64,000 nucleotides of DNA from the human T2T-CHM13v2.0 reference genome, Homo sapiens. The stretch lies in assembly GCF_009914755.1 (NCBI RefSeq), contig NC_060925.1. One strand, written 5' to 3'. Positions 27,370 through 40,511 of this stretch are shown here, one piece after another. The first letter of the stretch is position 1. Each line of letters opens with the position of its first letter. A program made the position numbers and the translations under genes. The notes below the pieces were generated by a model, which was not told the DNA's origin, made no database searches, and was given only the letters and a program-made list of their open reading frames with translations.

Positions 27370-28480
27370 TCTGTAAGTAAAGCAGCTTGGTAAACTCCAT
27401 CTGGGTGGGGTCCTGGTCTGTCACAGTCACTGCTTCTACTCCCAGTCATGCCTGACACTCGGTTGACAATCATCACTAACCTATATCCATCCATTTAAAT
27501 TGAAATGACTGCAGACCAAAGTATCCCAAAGTCCTGAGTCGACACAGTATCATAACACATGCTTGGAGCACACTGATTCTCATTTGTCTCTTTTGGTCTG
27601 CTGGCTGGCTCCTCCTCCTCCTCAGGTTGTCTTTAAATGCTGATGTTTTTCAGGGTTTACCCTAGCCTGCCTTCTCTTTTAATTTTATACATTCCCTTGT
27701 GCCAACCTCATAGTCTCATATGCCATCTCTATGCTGATGACTCATAAATCCTTATCCACAAGTCCAAAGATGTCTCACAGTTGCAGGAAGATAGTCTAGG
27801 TCCTCCTGCCTACCCCTCCCTGCACCCAAATCTGTTCCTCCTCTGCCCAGCTCAGGGAAAGGCACCACCAACCACTCAGGTGCCCAACCCAAACACCCAG
27901 TGCTCATCCTGCCTTCCCTTCACAGCCCACATTCAATCCTGCCCATTTTACCTTCCAAATACTCCTCAAATCCATGTCAATTTCTCCATCTTGACTGCCA
28001 CGACCAGAGTTAGAACCACTATCATAGTTCTCCTAGATTATAATGAAACCCTTCAACAGTTCCTTATTTCCCTCTGAATAAAGCTGCTTGCTTTAAGGCA
28101 GCACAAGCCACTCATGATTTGGTCCATGAGTTCCAGCCCCTTGTGCAGCTGCTGGATTTCCACCCTCCATGCTCCCATGTGTTGACCTTCATGTTCTTAT
28201 CCTTTGTACATGCACTACCTCTGCCCACATCTCTTCAAGATGTATTTATTTCCTGCCTTACTAAGAGGTGTTATCCATCACACCTCAGTTCACGTATCAT
28301 GTTTTTAAAAAGCCTTCTCAAACCTTAAGGTTGGGTCTAAGTGGCCCCCATAGCATTGTGCCTTTTTTTTTTTTTTTACTCTAAGTTACACCAGACTATT
28401 CTATACCAGTTTATTGTTTGCTGCTATCCTCTTCTAAACTCTAAGCATGGGGAAGACATAGACATGTCCTGGCATATGGG
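27370..28480 (+). mobile_element. L2 fragments
   Basis: catctctatgctgatgactc; cccacattcaatc...ttttaccttccaaata...; typical L2 3' ORF2/UTR sequence. Confidence 0.6.
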
Positions 28481-28529
28481 CCCTCGGCAAATATCCAGCT
28501 CTACTATATGCTGCTGAGATGATGGTAAA

Positions 28530-28640
28530 GCCATCTGTAATCTCTGAGCCTCAGTTTCCTATCTGTAAAGTGGGAATAATTTTATCTATTTCAAAGGATT
28601 ATTCTAAAGATTCAATGGGATCTAAAGCCGTGAAATAGCT
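28530..28640 (+). mobile_element. MIR
   Basis: tctctgagcctcagtttcctatctgtaaagtgggaataat. Confidence 0.75.
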
Positions 28641-31084
28641 GAAAATGTAATATATGAGTGTATATTTATTGACAAACATACTGATTTGAAATTAAGCAAA
28701 TGAATGAAACCCATAACTATTCCAAAGGAACACAGTAAAGGAAATAGTCAGGTTTACAAAGTATAGGATGACTGCTCACTGATTTACACACAAAGAATAA
28801 GAGAACACAAACCAGTAACTGACTGCAGTGTTTAAGCTGATTCTCCAAGAGGCAAAGAAAAGCTTTTAGAAGCTGAGTGAGTTGCCCAAAACAATCTCCA
28901 GGGAAGCACTATTCTCTTCCCAACTACAACTTACATTTGAAATTATTTGAGAGACTTTATACTGTATTAGAATATGGCTTTTGTAAAGTTTTAAACTTCC
29001 TGTATGTCAATAAGGAACAAGAACCAATTTCTGGTAGTAAACTGCTACCCTGCCCATCATTCTGTAAGTCAAAAATAGAATAAACAAAGGGCTGTTTTGT
29101 TAAATAGATAATTTTGATCATGGAGTTTTTTGAAGGAGACAGAAGAACAGCTGTGAGTATTGACTGCTTCCCATTAAATCTTTTTAAATCAGAAAGAGAT
29201 AAAAAGAGATAGCCCTCACCTCCTTCTCTCAGGAGGTTATTAGTTAATACATCTTTTCAGCAATGTGACCCCTGAATTACAGATGGCACAGCAGGAAATC
29301 AGTCATTCCAATTAATAATTTAAGCAGAGGCATTTATGTCTGAGGAAAACACAGCAAAAGGAGAAAAGAATTTCTACTTAATGTCAACCAATATAGACTG
29401 TACTTATTAATTTCATTTAGAAATCATAAAAAATAATCTGTCCTATTCTTTAAATGAATGTTTAGTGACAGTGGGTAGCAAAGAAGAGAACATGAGCATT
29501 TTATAAGAAAACTGGCAGGCTGGAGCTTTAAAAAAAATACAATCCTTCCGGAAAACATTCTGTTCTCACTAATATTATTTTCCATTGAATCCACAGTGAA
29601 AACTCTTGCAAAGTATCTGTATTATGGTGTTCAACAAAACTAACATCAATCAATATTGTTAAAAATTGAACTAAACTGTGCAAAGCGTGTCCCATCACTG
29701 TATTCTTTATTAAAATGCAACAAATAAACACAAAGCCTTCAAATCTGAAGATGCTTCCTTTCAACTTGGCATAAAGGACATGAAAAGAAAATCCTGCCAA
29801 TCCATACAACAGTCCAGTATTTGATTTTTTAAAAACAGTAATTTTAGCAGCAAATACACAACAAACTCCATTCACTACTCACACACACTGAAAGCCATCT
29901 TTGCACTGTTCCCATATTTACTTGAGTTATAAGATACTGAGTTCTGCTGAACAGTTTTATGTGGTTTATTGTCTGATATAAAAAAACCCTCTTGTTACTT
30001 CAGTAAATCAACGTATTCAGTTCTACCAGGGCACTGTACTGGATGCTGTGGGTGGGAAGAGTATGAAAGATGAATGAAAGAGCTTCCTAATCTTCAGGAA
30101 GCTTAGCTGGGTAAGACATGCACATGAATAATGAGTCATAGAAGAAATGAAGTTAAAACAATAGTATACCACTTCTGACCAAGCAAGTTACAAAAGTCCA
30201 TGAGTGTGTCACACATGCATGTCACACACACAAACACACTCCCCATGCCGGTGAGGGTCTGGGGGATGCATGTCCCACATGCTACAGACAGATGCAAACT
30301 GGCAGCTCTCTTTGAACACCAATAAGGTAATATATATTAAGTCCTATAAAATGTTCAAATACTCTACATCTGAAAAATCTACCCAAGAAAATAAGAGACT
30401 TATAATAAGAAAATTAAAAACTTATATAGAAAAATATTCATCCAAAACTACAAGAATGAAAAATCAGAAACAGTCTTAACAGTCAGTGATCAGGGATAAA
30501 CATAGTACATATATAAAATAAATAACTACACAATCCCAATTTTTTAAGAATATGCATCAACTTGAGGATTTATAATATAATATTATGTGTAAACAGCCAT
30601 ATACAGAAAGGTTTATATAAGGCATGAAACAAAGTATGTTAAAAATCTATATACATAAAAATACAGGAAAGAAACACCCCCATATTATGATAGTGGTTAG
30701 CTCTTACAAGTAGCCTTATGCATGCTTTCTGCTTTCTTCCTTGTATTTTTCTAATGTGTCCAAATTATGTAACTGTATATGTATGCTAACTTACATATAT
30801 ACAAATAAACTTTAAATTCAATAAATATAACATTTTTTTAAGATCCTTCATAAAACCAATGGATGTTTAAATTACACAGAACATATAATATTCTTCCTTG
30901 TATAAAAAGAGGACTGTTAGCTGCTGCTTCTCCCTTTTAAAGTCCCACACTAAGATAAAGAAGAAAATGGATATTAACATTGAATGAACAATACCTACTG
31001 TTGATTAATTTAACGTTTTTTTTTTATGGCAGGTATTTACAAAAATACTGCCCTTTATTCCTATGCAACAGAAATTTTTGTTAG

Positions 31085-31489
<405 letters not shown>

Positions 31490-31499
31490 TAGACAGCAC

Positions 31500-31660
31500 A
31501 AAAGATTAAGAATTAAGAGCTTTGCATCACATCTCTGGAGACATGACTGGGACCCTCAGCAGGCCACTTACTTCAGTTTCATCTGCACAATGGGGATCAT
31601 GTCTGCTTAGCACACTTAGATAACTGTTGTGGGACCAGTGAGGAAGCACACATAAGTACT
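31500..31660 (+). mobile_element. MIR
   Basis: cttcagtttcatctgcacaatggggat. Confidence 0.5.
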
Positions 31661-32184
31661 CCAGAAGATTTAACACCACAGATGCAAACTATGAGTCTAA
31701 TCACCACCTGACACCTGAGCAAGCAGACGCCTGGATAGGCAGGGTGGAGCGATTTACTCCCGTGCATATGTCCAGTCCTTAGCTAGTGTTCTTTCCATCT
31801 CACTGAGGAATAACTTGTGCCCAATTAAAAACAGCTTTGAGGAGCCAAGAGAGGAAGGCAAATCAGGAAGTGGGATAGACCAAGCTGCTGGCAAAACTGC
31901 AACTGAGGAAATCAGTATTATCTACATAAAAGGTTGCCCTTAGGTTCTAGACCAATATTCCACTTCCTAACCTCTCTGAGAAGTGCCTAAGACTCTCCTA
32001 GTCCCTGTAGTGCCAATACTGAACGCCAGTTAAAGTGGACTGTGCTGCAGGAAAACACAGACCCGGCCTCCCCAGGCCTGTATCTGTCATCCTACCAGGG
32101 ACCCTGGTGCTTGGCAGCATCTGAGTCTAACTCCTCAAAAAGCAGGCCAGATGGTGTGTACACCTCTCATGGGATCCCCTAACC

Positions 32185-32477
32185 CAGCGGTCCCCAACAT
32201 TTTTGGCACCAGGAACCGTTTTCGTGGAAGACAATTTTTTCACACACTGGAGTGGGGTGGGTAGGGTGGGTGGCTTGGGATGAAGCTGTTCCACTTCAGA
32301 TCATGAGACATTAGAGTGCTCAACCTAAATGTATGTGAAGCTCACAGTAGGGTTTGCACTCCTATGAGAATCTAATGCTGCAGTTGATCTGGCAGGAGGC
32401 GGAGCTCAGGCAGTAATGCTCGCCTGCTGCTCGCCTCCTTCTGTGCAGCCCGGTTCCTAACAGGCCATGGGCCCCTG
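32185..32477 (+). mobile_element. MER1B (hAT-Charlie MITE)
   Basis: cagcggtccccaacatttttggcaccagg...gagaatctaatgc...ggcccctg; 8-bp hAT-type TSD CCCTAACC / CCGTAACC. Confidence 0.88.
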
Positions 32478-33562
32478 CCGTAACCCACTGCTTGAGAGTT
32501 CTTCCAACTCCAGAATCTATATACCGTAGGCCTGTGACACATGCCCTGCCCTGAGTTGATAACCCTAAAATTAGACTTATTCTCCAAGGTGGGCCTAGGC
32601 AGCAAGTCACTCATCTGAGACTGTGCCCCCCTGACCGGTATCTGAGACAGGGAGGCCAGGGCTGTGGATTTTTACATCCTCTCACTGCAGATGTCCCTGC
32701 CCACATCAAGACTGTGCCCAAGGACTCTTCCCTCCCAGACTGAAGTGTCCTGCTAAGGGGTCAGTACAGTCCTCTTCTGAGGGGGCCTCCCCAAAGCTTC
32801 CCATACCGCCGTCTTCTTGGGGGCCTGACAGAATAAAGACAAAGTACCAGAGTGTCAGTCCAACTACTCAGGAACTGTCACCAAAATAAAGCAATTCCAC
32901 ACGGACAGACCAGCAGAATGATCTGGTGGGTGAAGAAAAATATTAAAAATACTGGCTCCACTGTGTCAAGTGTAAATTCTATGTCCCTCTGCTGCAATAA
33001 ACTTGTCCTAAAATAAAACAAGAAACTTTGTGGTACAACTTCCAAGGTCACTAAATTAAAAAGCAGAAAAGAGGACAGGAGCAGAAAGGGCTCCATACTT
33101 TTTAATTGTCTGGTTTGACTCATAATTGTCCCAGCTTTGTTGGCCAGCTCATTGGATTCTTCAGAAAACAAAGTTTCCTGGAAACTCAAATCCAGGAGTA
33201 ATGCTAGGATCAATCCTCAAGAAATGTTTTCCCATAATGTACTTCTTTAGGTTTTGCTTCCAGAGGGATACCATTTTAATTCACTAGGCACAGGGAGCAA
33301 ATTCCAGGGCACTGAGGGGAAGACTCTTCTTTAAACATACTGGATTTGGAATGTTTCAAGTATGAACTGAGTGCTAAATATGAAAAGGAAACTTAAACCA
33401 CTTTTAATTACAGATGCCCACTAATTAATTTGGCTTGATTATTTTTAAGAAGTTCATAACACTAAAGATCTTTACCTGAAGAAAAAAAGGAAAAAAGAAT
33501 GACCACTTAATATGATATACAGCATTTTCTAAAATAACAAGAACACCAAAAACCCCATTTAA

Positions 33563-33757
33563 TTCTTCTTCTTCTTCTTTTTTTTTTTTTTTTTTTTTTT
33601 TTGAGACAGGGTCTCACTCTGTTGCCCAGGTTGGGGTGCAGAGGTGCAATCAATAGCTTACTGCAGCTCAAACTCCTGGACTCAAGCGATCCTCCCACTT
33701 CACTCTCCCAAGCAGCTGGTATTACAAGTATGTACCACCATGCCCAGATAATTTTTT
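33563..33757 (-). mobile_element. Alu monomer (FRAM or AluJ right arm) with (CTT)n/poly-T tail
   Basis: Single arm; TSD AAAAA(C/T)CCCATTT at 33548-33560 and 33762-33774. Confidence 0.85.
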
Positions 33758-33931
33758 AATTAAAAATCCCATTTTCTTATTAAAAATATGATCATGGGAA
33801 ATTACTGCTTTCTTTGCATTTCCAAGTTAATGAATAAGAGTTGGATGCAGAAACTGTGGTTATCACAACTCTGAGACAAACAGAACACCCAACAGTGAAA
33901 ACTGATCTCTTGTTAGCAAGTAAGCAAGTTT

Positions 33932-33954
33932 TATATATATATATATATATATAT
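33932..33954. repeat. (TA)n microsatellite
   Basis: About 11 TA units. Confidence 0.9.
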
Positions 33955-34799
33955 CATCAACTTTCTAAAAACCACAGGTAGACCCAAAGAACTTGTCTGA
34001 ATATTTAATTATAAAATGTTAGTATTAACATAATTACATTTATTGAAGGATTTACTATTCCCCAAACCCTTGTAGGTTCATTCGATCCATAAAAAATCTC
34101 CGAAGAGACAAGAAAGAGACACTTCTCTCCATTAAACAGACAAGGAAAAAGTCTTAGGGCAGGAAAGTAAGCATTTGCCTGCAGTCAAATGACTGTGTTT
34201 CGAGAGAATCAGAACTAGAATCCAAGTTGCTTCATTTTTTTCTACTGTCGCAGGTTCTCAAATTTACACACAGCTTTTTAAAAATTAGAAATAAAAACAA
34301 AACACAAACATTACTGGCTTCATCTGTTCAAAAGAACCCAACCTAACCCAAATTTATTAACTTATAGACAAATTCATTAACTTCAAGCATCTCTCCTGCT
34401 CCTCCTTCCTGTAACGGGCAACTCTCCTCTTCATCCTTCTTAGAGCCAGACTAAGAGTAGAATTGGACAGGCCTAGGAAAAGGCAGCAGCTCCTCCAGCC
34501 TCACATCACTGGTGAGACCCATGCACAGACCTGGCTTACAATCAAGTGTGGCACTTTCTTCCCATTTGGCTCCTGCTAGTTACCCATATAACCCAAGGAA
34601 ACCTCAAATGTTTGACTGGCAGAGCAGACTGGACATGATCCCAGGCATACCACCCTCAAATAACATCAAAACTTCACAACACCACTCCCAATCGCATTTT
34701 ACTGACACTTTTGGTTTCTGCCTCAAAGAAACATTTTTTCTTCCCTTGTACAGAGAGCACTGTGTGGTGTTTTGGGTGTTAACCACCCACTTAGACTCA

Positions 34800-34900
34800 C
34801 AATCAGAACATGAGATCTTAAGGGAGATAATCTGTTCTCACACCCCCACTTTATAAACCCAGAAGTTAAGTGATTTGCCTAAGGTTACAACACTAGTCAA
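34800..34900 (-). mobile_element. MIR fragment
   Basis: agaagttaagtgatttgcctaaggttacaacactagt. Confidence 0.6.
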
Positions 34901-35928
34901 GAGCAAAATGGATGTCCCACTGGGGTCCCAAAATGCTAACAGTTAGGTCATTGTTCTTTATACTTTTTATTTGAATGTTGTATTAATGAGAATGATCAGT
35001 TATGATACATAGGTGTCTCAGTTGGGCTGAAAATATCTACATGATCACCCTGTATGCCCTCCACCTCTATGTTTTTGCTTATGCAGTTCTCTTGCTTGGA
35101 ATGTTTTTCTTCTTCCACTGGAAGTGGCAAATCTAACACACTCAAAGCCATAATCTATGACTCTTTTCCCCTCTAACTTTCCTCTAAAACTTGACCTTCA
35201 AAATACGTTGTGTTCCTTTACTATGTAACGGTATACATTATATTCATCCATTGACAATGACATGCCACTTATGTACCTATCGACCTACTAAGTATGAAGC
35301 TGGGCACAGAAGAATGGGTGACATGGCTCCTGGCTTGGCGGAGGCCAGTAAAAGCTTCCAGGTAAAACACCCTTGAGGAGCATGGGCTCAAGGGTGCCAG
35401 AATACAGCTTGGCTAAAAGAATGCCCTGCTAAGATTTCCTGCTGTTGTTCTTGGCTCATGCTAGCTAAGATAATGTCCAGAGTTGTGCACCTTCTCATCC
35501 ATATTCTAGCTGCTAAGATTAAAAGCCCATACATTTGCAAAACTGGAAAGCAGCAAGGATATCACGATAGGGTGGCAAATCAGACATCACAATTTCTTTC
35601 TCTCTTTCCTCAGCTAGGAGTAAATAGTTTTAAGTTTTGCTTTTATTCTTATGGAGGAAAAAAAGGTATTGCCAACTTTGGCCAACAGAAGGCAAGAGAA
35701 AGCCGTAAGAGATCTGTATTATGCTCTTGAGCACGGCCCCACCTATTGCAGAATGATGTGTCATCAGCAACCTGAAGCCTCATTTCACCATCAACCCCAC
35801 AGTTTGGGAGAGAAGTGCTGGTTCCCAGACTTCAGTATGAGCAGTCACTGGTGATTAAAGCATAACTTCTCTGACCCTTGTCATTGAAGGTGAACCAACC
35901 TGTTTCTCCTGCAGTCTTTCTTGTATAA

Positions 35929-36266
<338 letters not shown>

Positions 36267-36469
36267 CACCATTTATTCTACTTGCATTTACAACCCCTGT
36301 CACATTTTAGCCATGGAGTTTCTCCTTTAAGCACATGCCTGAGGCCCTCCATAAAAGCGTAGTACAACTAGAAAGGGTTCTTAAGTCTTCACAACAGATT
36401 TCTGAGCAAAAAGGTAAATACTCCTTTTCGCTAAAAAAAAAAGGTTAACAAGTTTGGGGTTGTTTTGCC

Positions 36470-36640
36470 CAGCGGTTCCCAAATCTGACTACACATTTTT
36501 AAAATTACCTAACAGATGTTTATACCCTGCTTCCTGGACTCTAGCCCCAGAGATTCTGGTTCAGAGGACCTGGAGCAGCCCTGGAATCTAGAATTTTAGA
36601 AGGGAGTTGTCATGCACAAATAGGATTGGAAGCTATTGGC
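36470..36640. mobile_element. MER5-family hAT MITE
   Basis: cagcggttcccaaa...ccccagagattctg...ctggaatctagaatttt. Confidence 0.6.
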
Positions 36641-37354
36641 TTCAACATAATTCTAATAGAGGAAAACTAAAAACTAAAGTTAAATACATGACTCTAAAAT
36701 CTCCGTTTTCCCCTCTCACAAGTACTGAACCATCTTCCATTTAAGCAGCTGAATGTAGTACAATTTATTTACTCACAAGGTTCTTTAGTTTTGAAGAAAT
36801 GAAAATGTGAAATTGGGAACGCTCTAGAAATCATTTATATGAGTCCAAAACACTATAAATTTCTACTGTGGTAACAGTAGCCTGGGTTTGCTCTGCTGTC
36901 AAAATATACTCTAAATTGCAACATTTACTGAGCATTCTGTAGGTGCCAAGCACTTTCTAAATGCCTTTTAAGTATTTGAATTTTGATAAACTTATATGAT
37001 AAGAATTATTATTATCCCCAATTTAGAGTAAAACTTCTCAAGCCTCTAAATGCAGCATTTAAGGCCCTACCCAAATTTAGCTGCATTTTACCTATCCGCC
37101 TTACCAACCAAAACCACTTAAGACCACCTTAAAATCTTCTCAAATACACCTGAGCCACCCCAACCTCCCTAGCTTCCTTATTGGAGTTCCCTCCCTGCAA
37201 TGTCTTTTCCATCCCCTTTCTTGTGATATTAAATATGCAGACATTGACGCAAGACCTAAGTTCAAATGCTGGCTTAGCCATGTACTCACTCTGCTCCTCT
37301 AGGCACATTTCTTAAACCCTCAGAATCTGTTTCATCATATGTAAAGGAGGTTTT

Positions 37355-38215
37355 ATTTTTTCAACAAATACGTATACGTGACTACTACCTTCCAGGTACT
37401 AGTCTAGGATCAAAGATGCAGTAATGAAAGGCCCTGGAAAAGGTCCTGCTCTCACAGGACAAGTATTCTGGCAGAAGAAGTCATGTAATACAGAGGAACA
37501 TCTTTTGGTTCTTCTTAGTAGTTGTGGTTGGTAATGTGGATAGGTAGAATGCAACTGAATTTGGGTAGGGTCTACATAACTTGTTCAAAGCGACTGCTAT
37601 CATGGGACAGGATCAGAAAGGTTGGGGACATGTAGGTGCCGGTATGGGCGTTAACGGAAGGGTACGGTGGCTAAGGAAATACCTGAAGAAAAGGATGAGG
37701 AAATCAGCCACACAGATAGAAAGGAAGGGAGAGGGAGGAGGGGAAGGAGCTCCAATCAGGGACTGGAATTGAAAGCAAGCCTGGCACATGCAAAGACAGC
37801 AAGCACACAGGTTAGAAAGGTAGCGGGCTCAGATCCGGGAGGGACTGATGGGCCACAGGAAGGATTTGACTTTCATTCTGGACAGTTCTAAGCAGAGGAG
37901 TGAGATCTGACTTAGCCATTCTGTTTGCGGTGATGAGGAAAGGCTCCAGGGAACTAAGATGGGAAGGATGGAGGTAAGGCCACTGCAATAATCCAGGCAA
38001 GAGAGGGTGATGGGGTCTTGAACCAAGTGGCAGCAGTACAGATGGTGAGAAGCAGACTGCTTCCTGGTGGGAGGATTGAACTGGCAGCTTTGGCTAATGA
38101 ATGGGCTGAGCAGGAGAACAAGAAAAGTCAAGAATGACTCCAGGATTTTTGGCGTAAGTAACTGAGAGGATGAAGTTGACCTTTATTAAGATAGAGAAGA
38201 TTGTAGAAGGGAGTA
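37355..38215 (-). mobile_element. L2 (L2a-like) fragment
   Basis: ttcaacaaatacgta...gactttcattctg...taatccaggcaagagagg...agtcaagaatgactccagg. Confidence 0.75.
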
Positions 38216-38909
38216 GCAGTTACGGTTAAATAGATCACATGTGCAAAATGCTTATGAGCACAAGGCCTGAGACACAGCAAGAACTTGATAAATACTAACA
38301 GTATTTTTGCTGTTGTCATCATCAGTCCACATGAAACCTTGAAATCTTCCAGCTCACACTGATCACTTCTTACTGTAAACTCAGCTATATGTTCAAATCA
38401 TTTGGGCACATAATAAATGCTGACTTACCTTGCATTTTTGTGCAGTTTTTCAATGGGGATAAAAAAATAAATTTAGCTTCCAGAATTGTTTGTGTTTCCT
38501 GAAGGCAGTAAAGCACATCCCATAACACTTCTTAAAACAAACTGAAATGTCTAGAGAGTCAGAATTTGTATTTTAAAAAACAAAGATCCTGAGGCTTAGC
38601 TGCTATATGACCCAATCACGGCAAATGCCCAGAGTAATATAAGCAAAAGCAAAACAAAACCCAGATTTCATGTCCTTGTTAAAAACACTGAGGTACAGCA
38701 GAGCAATGAGATGCCTACCTCTACTGCAGGAGAAACGCTAAAGAGAACTGTGGAACTAAGGTCCCTGAAATACAGAACAAGATGAGGCTGGGGTCAAGAC
38801 AAAACCTGCCTTCTGTGGTACAATGCTCCATAATGACATTAGCTGTACAGATCTTTAAATCCCGTCAGATTTTGAAAATGAGATTCTAGAACTGACAGAG
38901 GGCATGGGT

Positions 38910-39110
38910 CAGAGGTTCCCAAAGGCCCGTCTGTGGACCAGTGCCAGGTCAGTTGCTGGAGAATTAGCTGAGGAATTTGTTAAAAACACAAATTCCTTAG
39001 CCACTGTCCTAGGAATCCTGACCCATGAGATTGGGTGTGGGGCCCCCAGACAGTTTTTAACAAGTTCCTCAGGTGTTTCTAGTGTTGATTCATCTTTGAG
39101 ATCCACAGGG
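38910..39110. mobile_element. MER5-family hAT MITE
   Basis: cagaggttcccaaa...ttgttaaaaacacaaattcc...tttttaacaagttcctcaggtg...ttgagatccac. Confidence 0.65.
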
Positions 39111-39759
39111 TAAAAAAATAATTTGGAAAATATAAAACATTACACAAGCATATGGTATGATTAAACCATTAATTCAGAAGTAGCATTAATGATTGAGTTA
39201 CCTTTTAAAGTCACCCTATACTTCCTTCCCTATCACCCAGTGATGATGTTTAAGACCACAGTTCTCCTCCAAGTGCTGGATCCCAGGTGGCCCACCACTG
39301 GGCGGGGCAATGATCTCTACAGAAAGGTGGACTGCAGCTATCACTGACCTGAAACTGGAGTCAGCACCTGAGTTGAATATACTGTATGAGATGGTGGATA
39401 TAAGGTTTCAGTTGGAGCAGGTGTTCTGGGCCAGTGTTCAATCTAAAAATAGGAGAGATAACAGGCAAAGTGTTGGTTAAATCACAGAGGACAAAGCTGA
39501 GGCACATACAGATGTCCAAGGAAGGCAGAAGGGGATAAAGAAAAAGGTGTCACACAGCCTCTGCTAGACCCTTGATACACAACTTAGAGTGTTCCACAAC
39601 TTCCATGTAAAGACAAGAACACTTTGCTCAGAGACTCCAAAGACACTTATCTAAAGCTGAACAACGAGTTAAGCAGCAGAGCAAGAATCCAGTAGCAAGT
39701 CTGTCTGGCTACCTCCAAAGGTATACTCTTGCCAACAGGGAATATATATTAAAAAATAT

Positions 39760-40511
39760 TAGATGCAAGGCATCCAGGTTCATGAATTGAAAACGTAATA
39801 CTTTTAAAATGTCAATGCTATGCAAAGCAAGCCACAGATTCAATGTAATCCCTATCAAAATCCCAATAAGGTTTTGTTGAAATAGAAAAAAAAGCTATCC
39901 TAAAATTCATATGAAACCTCAAGGGACCCCAAATAGCCAAAACAATCTTGAAAAAAAAGAATAGAGCTGGAAGTCTCACATTTTCTGAATATAAAACTTA
40001 TTACAAATCTACAGTAATCAAAACACTGTGGCATCAACATGAAGACAAACATAAAGACCAATGGAATAGAAGAGAGATCCCAGAAGTAAGCCCTCACATG
40101 TATTGTCAAATGATTTTCAGCAAGGGTGCCAAACCATTCAATGGGGAAAGGACAGTCTTTTCAACAAATGGTGCTGGGAAAACTGGCTATCTATATACAA
40201 AAGCATGATGTTGGACCTTCAGCTAATGGCATATACAAAAATTAACTAAAAATGGATCGAAGGCCTAAGCATAATTACTAAAACTATAAAACTCATAGAA
40301 GAAAACACTGGAAGAACGCTTCACCATATAGATTTGGCAATGATTGCTTGAATATGACACTAAAAGTACAGGCAACAACAACAAAAATTAATGAAGTGCC
40401 CTTCATCAACACTGAAAACTTTTGTGCATCAACGGACACTATCAACCAAACAAAGTGAAAAGGCAGCCCATGGAATGGGAGAACATATTTGTAAACCATG
40501 TATCTGATAAG
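39760..40511 (+). mobile_element. L1M (L1MB-like) ORF2 fragment
   Basis: ORF 39948-40208 (YYKSTVIKTLW...DQWNR.E.PE) is L1 ORF2; ends gtatctgataag. Confidence 0.9.
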
